DNA of 63,042 nt, filler included, from Globobulimina sp. (Eukaryota), in assembly GCA_003354225.1 (NCBI GenBank). It is 44 parts of 44 records of this genome, joined end to end, with 100 filler letters (N's around TTAATTAATTAA, not from the genome) between each part and the next. Parts side by side here need not be neighbours in the genome. Positions count along the whole stretch, not along the records: positions 11,489 to 12,824 come from PIVH01018447.1; positions 12,925 to 14,260 come from PIVH01018448.1; positions 14,361 to 15,696 come from PIVH01018449.1; positions 15,797 to 17,132 come from PIVH01018450.1; positions 17,233 to 18,567 come from PIVH01018451.1; positions 18,668 to 20,002 come from PIVH01018452.1; positions 20,103 to 21,437 come from PIVH01018453.1; positions 21,538 to 22,872 come from PIVH01018454.1; 36 more parts are not named here. One strand, 5' to 3'. Positions 11,821-22,972 of this stretch are shown piece after piece. A model generated the notes under the pieces. It had not been told where the DNA came from, ran no database searches, and saw only the letters and a program-made list of their open reading frames with translations. Position 1 is the stretch's first letter. Every line of letters begins with the position of its first letter. The translations under genes and the position numbers were made by a program.

Positions 11821-12824
11821 TTATCGAAGAACATCAAAATTAAGGGATATTTCTTTTGTTTTATGCTTACCATCGGCTTGAATCATATCAACAAATACAC
11901 GAATTGTAGTATCATTAAAAATAAATATAATTGGTATTGGTTCTTTATTTAATTTATAACTGTCCGATAATTCAACCTCTATTTTATTTGCTTGTCTCTT
12001 ATCATCAACAAACATTGGATCCGATTCATATGAATCATATAACCGTATACTTATTTTATTTGCTTTAATATCTGCTGCTTCCACCCAATAAATTACTGGC
12101 TTGTCATTGTTGCGAATTAATGTATTTTTCCGCACAAATGGTAGAAACACATCATTTATAACCTGTTTTGATATCATCTGTTTCTTATTATGTTTGGAAT
12201 AAACCAATCTTTTACTCACTTTAATTTTTGGTACCACTGAATGTGGATAAATTGATTTAAATTCAAATAAATCTTTTTGTATCGCAATACCATACGTTTT
12301 AGCAATGGTTCTGGCTGAAATAAAATCGGGTTTTAGACCCATCCGAGCTGCCCCATCGACTACGGATAGATTTATATGTATTTGATTGTGAATATTTGAG
12401 TGAATATTTGATTGTGGATTAACATACCTACGGATAGCACTGGTCGCATTGGTGTAAATATATGCAGATTATATCGCGATTTCCGACCAAAATTACTAAA
12501 CATTTTAGCCTGTAAATGTTTAGATTCACTAAAACCTCCAACCAAACATAAATATTTACAGCTATCCATTTCTGGCAATAACAATAATTTTTTACAATGG
12601 CAAACAATACAATCGACCACTTGATCAAATAAATAATTCCAAATTGTATAGCTTAATTCCAAATATTCTCCATTTAATGCCATTATTCCTGCAACAGAAC
12701 AAACAAACATACAAACAAAATAAATATATTGTATACTGCAATTCACTTACCTTTTTTTCCAAATTTAGTAAAATTTTTGACAATATTCCCCAACATATCA
12801 TCATCATCATCTTGCTCGGCAAGG
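11821..12824 (-). CDS. HSPA12: Heat shock 70 kDa protein 12-like (5' partial); introns 12360-12427 and 12689-12750
   Basis: YLCLVGGFSESKHLQ, spliced PVLSVVDGAARMG..SARTIAKTYGI. Confidence 0.85.
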
Positions 12825-12924
12825 NNNNNNNNNNNNNNNNNNNNNNNNNNNNNNNNNNNNNNNNNNNNTTAATTAATTAANNNNNNNNNNNNNNNNNNNN
12901 NNNNNNNNNNNNNNNNNNNNNNNN

Positions 12925-12962
<38 letters not shown>

Positions 12963-13240
12963 TCTATTTTTATTGCTCTTTTTTTTCGTTTGAGTTTATG
13001 AAAGACAACACACATTTTTTTGATTATAATGTGTTGATCGATCTGAAAGTATATTTATATGTATATTTTTTTTATCACATTTTGCCCTGTTTTTTTGTAC
13101 TAATTTAATTATTGCAAAATACCGTTTGTTTGTTATGGTGAATTCGTTTTGGCAGATTATCCTTACACAGTCCTTGCACATTCACAGTGGTCGAAATTTT
13201 CAACAAAAACATGCAAATTATCATCAACAGCTATTAAACA

Positions 13241-14014
13241 ATGACATTTCATGATTTCCCTCGTATCTCTTCAATGAATTTTGAAGAGGTATTATCAAAC
13301 AAACTGTATTTATTTGATCCAGAACAATTAAAAACTCTGCGTTTCCATCCAGAAGAATTGCAAAAACGTGATATATTAATTAGTGGCTATTTAAGAGAAG
13401 AAACGAATGATGAATTATATTTTCCAATGGTTGTAGTACATTTAATATTGATTCGTTTACCAAAATTTAAGCCAAGTGATGACGTCAAATTAGTCATTGC
13501 TGGATATATATCATCGGGGAAAACATCATTAATTCGACAAATTACAGATCATACAAATTCATATAGATTTAAATATAGCCAAAGGGCTACTTTCTGCGCA
13601 GATTTTTACACAAACAGATATTTTAATAAAATGATGGATAAAGAAATAAGATTAAATGTTCACGATTTAAGTGGTAATATCAAATATAAAAATGTAGTAA
13701 AGTGCTATTTTCGAGATGCAGATATTGCAGTTATTGTTTATGATATTACAAAACATGAATCGTTGGAATATGGATTGGCTTTAATTGACAAAAATGTTGA
13801 TAAACATTCAATAGTTGCTTTAGTTGGAAATAAATTGGATCTAGAATTTGATCGGAAAGTTGATAAAAAATATGCATTGCGTATGGCTGAAGAAAGAGGA
13901 TGTTATTATTTTGAAGTGACTGCTACAGAATATGATAAGGTTCAGACTGTGTTTCAACAGATTACTGATATGATGATGTACACATTTCCGAATGACTCTG
14001 TTTTTGTGAGATAA
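13241..14014 (+). CDS. Divergent Rab-like small GTPase with N-terminal box motif
   Basis: G1 GYISSGKTS, G3 DLSGN, VYDIT, G4 GNKLD, G5 EVTA. Confidence 0.9.
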   Translation: MTFHDFPRISSMNFEEVLSNKLYLFDPEQLKTLRFHPEELQKRDILISGYLREETNDELYFPMVVVHLILIRLPKFKPSDDVKLVIAGYISSGKTSLIRQITDHTNSYRFKYSQRATFCADFYTNRYFNKMMDKEIRLNVHDLSGNIKYKNVVKCYFRDADIAVIVYDITKHESLEYGLALIDKNVDKHSIVALVGNKLDLEFDRKVDKKYALRMAEERGCYYFEVTATEYDKVQTVFQQITDMMMYTFPNDSVFVR

Positions 14015-14071
14015 ATATTACTGCGCTTATTATGAATGCTATAAATATAAAACAGATACCGTTCCTATATA

Positions 14072-14156
14072 CAGAGGCTGGGCGTTCTAAATAGTTACAA
14101 AATAGTTACGCCTAACTATTTTGTAACTATTTTTGTAACTATTTAGTAACTATTTA
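14072..14156. repeat. TAGTTAC/GTAACTA repeat hairpin, possible DNA-transposon end
   Basis: Perfect 20-bp arms aaatagttacaaaatagtta / taactattttgtaactattt with a CGCC loop, plus extra GTAACTATTT copies. Confidence 0.6.
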
Positions 14157-14360
14157 ACAATGGTGCGAAACCATTATTACTCGTACATTTGTGTCATTGC
14201 CGACATTTACAAATCCTCTCAAAAGTCAACAACACTCCAAAAATCATCACCATACAACAANNNNNNNNNNNNNNNNNNNNNNNNNNNNNNNNNNNNNNNN
14301 NNNNTTAATTAATTAANNNNNNNNNNNNNNNNNNNNNNNNNNNNNNNNNNNNNNNNNNNN

Positions 14361-15643
14361 TGTTTCCATTATAAATATTTTAAACGTTTTTGCAAATCGT
14401 GTCAATCCGTCATATAATTTTTTATCCGTATACATCGCATATATTTTACCTAACTCTTGCTCAACATTTCGATGTTTAAATGCTATGCAAAGTATTGGTT
14501 TTAAGCTATTTTCCTGTGAATAATTATAAATAATTCCATATGTCAATGCATTGTGATATACAACATCACCATTTAGTTTATGTTGGATAAAATTAAATAT
14601 TCTATCAAATAAATCGGACAATGACACATTTTCAGCCGTATTAAATATTCTTTTTATTATATCACAAATATAATCCACAAACATTGATTTTGTGTCAGAG
14701 TTAGATATCATTTCATAGACATTTATCAATCGATTTATATCATTTAGCACCGATTTATCATCAAAAACTATCATTTTTACCAAAATATTTGAATTTAATT
14801 GAGATTCTTTCATTAATTTTTGGAATTTAATATTATTGCAATCAACCAATTCACTCAATATTGCATCAATTATATTCTTTAAATCATACTCGGTGCAAAA
14901 ATGCTTAATAAATGGAAATAATTCTTTCTTCTCCGCATTTAAATAATATTCGACTTTAATTAAATATTGATTGAACGAAAGCGAATTTGTTGACAATAAC
15001 TGATTACATTTGTGTTTATAATGCTTTTTGGCCGTTGAAATTAACATTTCTGTAAATTTATCATTCACTCCATACACATATTTATATTTATTGTAGAGAT
15101 TCCATAATTGTTGTTTGCTATTATTATTTTTGATATTATTCTTCTCAAATATATTATGCAATATATCTTTTATTTTAGTGGCTTTATTAAGTACTGATGG
15201 CATTAAAATGGAGGTGATTCTAAATATATTACTAAATTCTGTCCAAACAGAATGTATCCACTCCATATGAGATAAAAGCAGACGAATCTTTAGAAATAAT
15301 TGAATATATTATGCTTTTTTGTGTCATCATACATTGCGTTTATTGTAGCAATCCTCAAATCAATACCTTCATTGTAACTGTCTGTGGATGAAATTTGAAT
15401 CGCTCTCCAATGATTTGAGACGTAGCGTGCCCATAAAATTTCATTTTGTTGAGTTTCGATATCCGCAATATAACAATAATATAATTCATAATATTTTATT
15501 TTATTTTGATACCGCAGATTGAAAGAAAAATCCAATACAATTTTCCCATTTTCATTCCAAGTCACATTAGATATCACTGGTAGCGATTGCTTGCAATCAG
15601 AAGCATCGGCATCGCTTTTCGTAGTGTATAGATCAATATCCAT
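14361..15643 (-). CDS. Divergent cullin-like protein, apparent frameshift near 15300-15320 (3' partial)
   Basis: YLIKVEYYLNAEK..ELVD..FQKLM..DINRL helical cullin-repeat pattern; the two ORFs overlap in different frames next to an A6 run. Confidence 0.55.
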
Positions 15644-16029
15644 TAATTAAAAAACGAGTTTCTAGTACACAAAAACAGCCCAAAGAAGCAGTTTTTNNNN
15701 NNNNNNNNNNNNNNNNNNNNNNNNNNNNNNNNNNNNNNNNTTAATTAATTAANNNNNNNNNNNNNNNNNNNNNNNNNNNNNNNNNNNNNNNNNNNNATAT
15801 TTTTTTTTCCTAAATTTTTTTCAAAATTATGATGTTATATAAAATCACCATTCATCTTGTAATCGTGCCGCTTGCACCCTGGGCTCTTGCCTCTGTGACT
15901 ATCTTGCCTCTGGGTCTATCGCCCCGCAATGCAACTCTGTTGCCCCCTAATACATGTTGTACAATGAGTCCATACAGTGTTGATTTTAGAAGGTTTTATT
16001 TCTCCACTAAACCAATTTTCTACAATTAA

Positions 16030-17132
16030 CATTCAAATTATTCACAATATTCTGGCTATTTAGATTTAACAAATGAACGTCATTATCATTACTGGCTGAC
16101 ACAATCACAAAACGATCCTGATAATGACCCTGTAGTTGTATGGTTAACCGGTACCTTTACATAATTATATCCCATTACTATTTCCACTTTATTTGTATAT
16201 CTGCCAGGTGGTCCAGGTTGTTCTTCGATGCTTGGCTTATTATATGAACTTGGCCCATTACACGTGAATCCCAACGGGAGTTTATATGACAACTCTAAAT
16301 ATTCCTGGAACAACAATGCAAATATATTATTTTTAGAATCCCCGATTTGTGTTGGATTTTCTTATCAAACTGATCAAGATAATAATTTATTAAATTGTAC
16401 AATGAATGACACCACCACAGCACAAGATAATTACCAATCCATTGTTAAATTCTTAGAGAAATTCCCTATCTATGCAGCAAATGACTGGTATGTAACAGGC
16501 GAGTCTTACGGAGGAGTATATGTACCAATGTTGGCCAACAATATCTTACTCGGCGAAGCAAAGATAAATTTGAAAGGATTTGCTGTTGGAAATGGTGTAT
16601 CGTACAGGCCATTCATGCAAAATAGTCGATATTGGTATTATTATCATCATGGTATGATATCAGAGGCAGTGTGGAATGCAATGTTGACTAATTGTTGCAG
16701 CTCACCCTATGACAGAGAGTCTTGTCCATTTGTTCAATCTGTCAATCAGCAATGCACAGAGGCAGTAAACGAGGCGAATGTAATCTGTTGTTCCGGAGTG
16801 AATTTGTATAATATATATGGACCATGTTATCATTATAGCACTGAGGAGGAATTACGTATGTTTTCGTATCCAGCAAAAAGATATGAAACAGAAATGAAAA
16901 TGAATGGCTTTATGGGTATGGTAAAAGATAGTGATGCTTGTTTGGATAATCGTGGAAGTGAAATATATTTAAATCAAATGAAGGTAAGACGTGCTTTGCA
17001 TATTGCACCAATTTTAGATAATATTACATGGGATGTTTGTGTTGATAAAACAACCAATCCTTTGTTGAATTATACTGCTTATTATACGAAAGATATGAGG
17101 CCAATATATGATTCAATATTTGAAGCTGATGC
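16030..17132 (+). CDS. Serine carboxypeptidase S10 (cathepsin A-like); intron 16151-16207
   Basis: QYSGYL, WLTGGPGCSS (spliced), [20 protein letters not shown]. Confidence 0.95.
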
Positions 17133-17355
17133 NNNNNNNNNNNNNNNNNNNNNNNNNNNNNNNNNNNNNNNNNNNNTTAATTAATTAANNNNNNNNNNNN
17201 NNNNNNNNNNNNNNNNNNNNNNNNNNNNNNNNTCAAGAAAAATTTAATTTATTAAAATGACAAATATGCATTGTTTAATCATACTAACCTAATATTCCAC
17301 ATTGCACACATTTAAAAAACTGCGAAGTGAAACGAATTCTTTCTAGCTAAGCAAA

Positions 17356-18486
17356 ATGAGAAGGATTGTGCCAATCGCATATCGAAATTTCAGACATCCA
17401 CAAATTACCACATCAATGAAAAATTCTGTAGCGCAACAAATGGATGACACTATTTCAATTTATGACCATTCTGGAATTTATAAAGAATTTGAACAAAGAT
17501 TTTCTGAGGTTATGTGTTTGCAAACACCATACAACAAATATTGCGATTTACAAATGATGATTACATTGAAGTGATCGTTCCATCATACACCTTTTTTGCA
17601 ACAGTAACACCTTTATTACAATTACACAATATTTCGAATAAAATCAAGATTACATTTGCAGACTGCCAGATTTCAAATGGCAATATTTGTCCGAAATCCA
17701 TACTGACCCAAATCACAAATAAAACCAAAGCCATAATAATCACCCATATGTGGGGAATACCGTGTGATTTGGACCAAATTGTAGAAATCTGCGATGCGAA
17801 TAAAATCCTGCTATTCCAAGACTAAAAAGTTTGCAAGGCAAAAAACTAATAACTGCTGGAGAAGGCGGTATATTGTCCACAAAACACTGCGACATATTTG
17901 AGATCGAAGTGTCGATCTGTTAATCGGTCATTATAATAAACGTGCAATACAGCAAATCACCACAGAAGAAAATTTGCAATTTGCTGCAACTGGAACTGGC
18001 TTAAAATTGCGAATGAATCCTATGGGCACTGCATTAGCAAATGAACAATTAAAAAATCATTACTTTGAGAATCTGTTATGCGACAAACAGCAAATTGCGC
18101 ATTATATTTATGATAAAATTGGAGGTGATGCATTTAACGGATTATCGCCGGCTTTGATTCCTTTGAATGGTACTGCTGCTTTTTATGCTTTGCCGATATT
18201 ATTTGATGATGCTTATTTTCGGTGCAGTATGCATGAGTTTGTTAAATCGTTGAATGAGTTTGGAGTTTTAAGCGCAGACATACCAAATTCAACGTGTCCA
18301 TTGGATAAATACAGTATATTTCAACAATATGCTGAAGATGGTTCAAATCGACACCAATTCAAACAAGCACACATGTTTCATGCCTCTATGTTTAAGATTG
18401 ATGTGTGGTATGGACATGAAAAAGAACAATATGCTGACCATTTTTTAAATGCTTTGGAGGATGTTTGTAATTTGCATAAAAAATGA
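17356..18486 (+). pseudogene. DegT/DnrJ/EryC1/StrS PLP aminotransferase, disrupted
   Basis: EVIVPSYTFFAT, TKAIIITHMWGIPCD, SLQGKKLITAGEGG, GHYNKR; several frameshifts and missing conserved blocks. Confidence 0.85.
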
Positions 18487-18667
18487 ATCTGTTTTGTTCA
18501 TTTTTATATAAGTGTGTTAGATAAACTTCCCCCATTTGATTCGTCATCAAACATATTTTGAAGGGACNNNNNNNNNNNNNNNNNNNNNNNNNNNNNNNNN
18601 NNNNNNNNNNNTTAATTAATTAANNNNNNNNNNNNNNNNNNNNNNNNNNNNNNNNNNNNNNNNNNNN

Positions 18668-20002
18668 CTGTTAATTTTTCTTGATTGAGTATAAGCTGTT
18701 GACAATAATACTTGTTCATTTGTGTGCACTGTGGCAACATGTGTAATATTCGATTTGGTGATTGTAGTTGATACTTCGTCTGTCTCTTTTTTCACTTCTT
18801 TTTCTGTGCCTTGAGTTTTGTCCTCGTCTACGTCCACTATCAATATATGTGTTTTTGTTTTAGAACATAATGTATAATGATGTGGCTTATTTCCAGGTGT
18901 ACCTTTACACTTGTTACAATCTGTGTATTTTTGTTTACAATCTTTTACAATATGATTTCGTCGTAAACAAATGAAACATCTATTTTCCTTTGTAACAATT
19001 TCAAGGCGATCCTTTACTGTTGGGTACTTTGTACATTTGTCTGTATAATGCTTGAGGTCTCCACAATACATACATGGTTTAGGTGTAACTGTTTTACCAC
19101 TTCCGTTATTACCCTTAGGAAAACGTGTCTCAGGTTTTGAATATTTATTACCATTTGAACTACTTCTTGGTATCATAGATTTATGTTCAAAGGGAGTTTT
19201 TGATTCTTCTTGATGCATAATCGCTTCCAACTGATACTGTTTTAACTTTGTTTTTAATTCGTCTAGTATGTAATCGACGGGTCTGGTTTTTCCATGTATA
19301 GCTAAAGACAATTTTGTTTTCAATTTGTCTGGCAATTTTGATAGAATAATTTGCGCTAACATGTGACCATTCGTGTCTGTACCTAATCCTTTCATGCATC
19401 TGACATGTCCTTCGACCTGATTTAAAAATATTTCCATTGATTTTAGATTACATTCGACTACTGGTAAATTCATCAGTTTTTGCGAATAACTTTGAATAAT
19501 GATGTTTTTGTCATCATATCTTTCGGTCAACCGTATAACAGCATTGTCGTAATTTAAATCAGTGACCGGTATGTTATCTAACATTCTAAGTGGCACTCCG
19601 CGTAAATGTTTTTTCAAATAAGTGTACTTGGCCACATTAGAAATGGATTCGTCATTATGGATTGATGCACAAAAAATATCCCAGAATTGTCTCCATTTTA
19701 GAATGTCACCGCTAAAAGGTTCAATTGAGATTTCCGGTAATTTAATGTTTGTCATAGATGAATTTGATTTTTGACTATCACCATTTTTCTCAAGAATTTT
19801 AGAAAGCATTTCGCGATTTAATTGTGCTTCCTCTTTACGATTTTGTTCGATATACTTCATGAATTCAAAAAGCGATGATGCTTGACTCGGATCTGTATTT
19901 GGTGGTTCACGAGTCGTATTAAAAACCTCTGGGGGACCTTGTGCTGTCGGTTCCTCTCCATGGTTATGTGCCTCAGTCGCATTAGAAACCCTTGAAGAAT
20001 CG
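18668..20002 (-). mobile_element. BEL/Pao LTR retrotransposon gag (DUF1759 plus three Cys/His knuckles) and start of the protease region
   Basis: LPEISIEPFSGDILKWRQFWDIF; CMYC..H..C, CFICL..H..C, CNKC..HH..LC; VLLSTA. Confidence 0.9.
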
Positions 20003-20295
20003 NNNNNNNNNNNNNNNNNNNNNNNNNNNNNNNNNNNNNNNNNNNNTTAATTAATTAANNNNNNNNNNNNNNNNNNNNNNNNNNNNNNNNNNNNNNNNNN
20101 NNCTTGCTAAATTACTGAATTAACATACATCTAAACACCGTGTGTTACAAACTCCTATGGAGATTTACATGCAGTGCAAGGATAAGTATACAGTTTCAAA
20201 AGAAAAGTGTTTCTATTCTAAAGTATACACAATGGGTTCATTATAAGTTAACAATAAAACAAAAAATAAAATAAATGGTTAGTCGTCATGCGCAT

Positions 20296-20928
20296 TTAAT
20301 AAAATGTACCATTGGCAATCTCATACCCTCGCGAGAATGGATGGGTATTAATAAATCTTGCGACGAACATTTTAAATGCATCATAAACTGAACAATCTTT
20401 ATTAATATGAATCGATTTTTGATCAGTTTTTGCATTCCACCAATAATTTCCTTCAAAATTCTTCAATTTATTATGAAATCTGATCGACTCATCGGATGTA
20501 ATAATTTCCTTTGTAATTGGTGGCAGAACAAACACAATGCTTTCATTTGTAGCTCGTGATGCTGACAATGAATTATATCTTGCTTCAATTGCACGAATTG
20601 AATCTAAATTACCATATTCCACCACATAAATTATACCCCATTCATATATAAATAAACCGCCCGGATCATCGTAAATTTGTCCTTCATAGGCTTGGTTGTT
20701 TAACATTAAACGATTCATCACATCCGTATAACATCCAAGGCCAAACACTCCTGCTTCTTTATAAGGTATTTCTAAATCAATATATTGTTTGCTTGGGTAA
20801 CAATATGCATTTCGTTCTGCTGCATTTAATAGAATGAGTTGCATCAATCTTTGCTGCAATGTAAGTTCTCCAATCACATGGAGGCCATATCTGCCCCATG
20901 ATAATATTTCGGGATTTTTTTCATTCAA
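20296..20928 (-). CDS. Hypothetical protein, possibly a highly degenerate small-GTPase fold
   Basis: 210-aa ORF; IIYVVEYGNLDSIRAI and NAKT..SVYDAF loosely resemble Ras elements; no P-loop. Confidence 0.4.
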   Translation of the reverse strand: MNEKNPEILSWGRYGLHVIGELTLQQRLMQLILLNAAERNAYCYPSKQYIDLEIPYKEAGVFGLGCYTDVMNRLMLNNQAYEGQIYDDPGGLFIYEWGIIYVVEYGNLDSIRAIEARYNSLSASRATNESIVFVLPPITKEIITSDESIRFHNKLKNFEGNYWWNAKTDQKSIHINKDCSVYDAFKMFVARFINTHPFSRGYEIANGTFY

Positions 20929-21213
20929 TCCATGCTGTTTCTTTTTTTTTCACGTAAAAAACATGGGCAACGACAACAACACACAACAAACAACATTCTA
21001 AACAATTTTCTAATCCAAATGAAATAGGATTTCTTTGTTGGCAGAAACACCATACTCATGTTCAAAAATTAAAGTTTGACGGACGAACTTTTCTTGGTTT
21101 AAAGATCGAAGTGGTGGGTCAAAATGCAATGGTGAACTGACAAATATTGTTGTTTTTTACTTTTTTACTAGAAGTTTTCGAACTCCTTATGCCGCCCGTC
21201 CATATATGAAACA

Positions 21214-21437
21214 ATGCAAGCACAACGCAAAATCATCATTGAAAGCTGGATGCGAAGGTCTTTAAATGGGGTTGAATATCCAGTGGAACTTATACCACTT
21301 ATGATTCAATACGGAGAACAACACGACGATATATTGGAGTTAGCAGAAAATAAAGATGTGCTAAAAATGTTGGCTAAAATGGGTGACAATTTCCCTATAA
21401 AAGAAAAGGTTGTACTCTCAAGAGATGTTATTAAAAT
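21214..21437 (+). CDS. Protein with N-terminal box motif followed by a myosin TH1/PH-like domain (3' partial)
   Basis: IIIESWMRR..YPVELIPLMIQY, then DILEL..LAKMGD..EKVVLSRDVIK. Confidence 0.55.
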
Positions 21438-21537
21438 NNNNNNNNNNNNNNNNNNNNNNNNNNNNNNNNNNNNNNNNNNNNTTAATTAATTAANNNNNNN
21501 NNNNNNNNNNNNNNNNNNNNNNNNNNNNNNNNNNNNN

Positions 21538-22129
21538 ACCCACTAACTACTAATAGTCCGTCAGTGTCGCCAATAACACTGCCAGACCTCACTAATGTCG
21601 ATGTATGTCTGTACTTGCATGAAATTTCTGGAAATTTATTTCTACACAAACTCATGCAATGATAATTGTATAATTGTAGCTAGGCGCAATGCCAATGTTA
21701 GCCCAGCAAAAAGCAAGCATGTCCTTTGCCAATGAGTTAACAAATCGATGTGGAATATCTTATTTTAGTGGTTTAGTGGCCTCTGGTTTTTACGGTGCTT
21801 TTCGGGGATGGCGGTTATCTCAAACTGGAATACCAATGAGATTAAGGTTCAATTCATTATTAAATCATGCAATGAAATTAGGAGCACACAATGGAAATAT
21901 GTTTGCTATCTTATCGATGTATTTTGTTTGCTCAAAGCGATTGATACCCAAATTATCACCTATTGATATACCAAATGGCGGCACTTTGATATTATCCGGA
22001 GCCTCGGCAGGCGTTATATACAAATCAATGCATCCCTGGAATGTCACAGCTAAATGGGGTTTGGTTGGTGCTGTGCTACCCACTGTTTACGTCGTGTTCG
22101 AATATTTGAAGGATGAAGGCATATTATAA
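21538..22129 (+). CDS. TIM23: Mitochondrial inner-membrane translocase Tim17/Tim23 family; intron 21603-21679
   Basis: CGISYFSG..GAFRGWR..RLRFNSLLN..G..GN.FAI..SGASAGVIYKS. Confidence 0.85.
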
Positions 22130-22457
22130 TCGCACCAATGACTCCGTACACTGCTCATTGTTCATATTAATGTTTGAGATTGCTAACTTTTTTTCTTGTT
22201 TTTTAAAAATTAATAGTAGCCAATTAATATCAGTATTTATCCGGATTTTTATAATGTATAGAAATGAAAAAAAAATCAGTGCGCTAAGAAGAATGCACTG
22301 GTCACTTCAGTCGAAAACAAGACGTGCTACATTTTAATAACGCAGACAAACCAGAAACGTTTCACTTCTTTCAAATGTTAGCATGAAATTAAATGAGATG
22401 CCAATTAAATTTAAACATTTGGAATTGAATGCATTATAAATTTATAACTATTCCTAT

Positions 22458-22872
22458 TTATTGATTTGATTTCTTTTGCTTTGCTTGTTTTAATTGTTTG
22501 AATTTTTTACAAATATTATCTTTCATTGTTTGTAAAATGAATGGTCCTTTAACATTTAAATGAGATTTAATGTCACGTACAAAATCAAATACTTTGCCAT
22601 GGATTACAACCTCAAATGAGTTCTCATCAAAGACAGTCTCAATCAATTGATAAACATCCAAATGATTCTTAAAATGGTACAAACAACATCCAATATTATA
22701 ACCTTCACTAAGTCCCAATTTATCACATATTCGCTTCATTTCATCCTTATCCTCTTTGCTTAGCAACCTCTCATTCTCTGCTATGATGTCCTTTCTTTTC
22801 CTTTGTTTCTTCCTTTTTTTTATCTGCTTTTTCTTTTTATTTTTATTATCTTTTGCATCATCATCATCACAG
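22458..22872 (-). CDS. Hypothetical protein C-terminus
   Basis: 102-aa ORF preceded by a Lys-rich stretch running to the contig edge. Confidence 0.45.
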
Positions 22873-22972
22873 NNNNNNNNNNNNNNNNNNNNNNNNNNNN
22901 NNNNNNNNNNNNNNNNTTAATTAATTAANNNNNNNNNNNNNNNNNNNNNNNNNNNNNNNNNNNNNNNNNNNN

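Noticed and set aside
12925-12961. Poly-T run as the tail of a retrocopy
   Set aside because: It is at the contig edge, so no TSD or parent sequence can be seen
7039-16029. Stop-codon reassignment (in-frame TAA near 7040 and 16027, TGA at 10073)
   Set aside because: Conserved genes end at TAA or TGA at the expected positions (PCCB, Tim23, GLUT) and long ORFs lack internal stops; isolated mutations or errors are more likely
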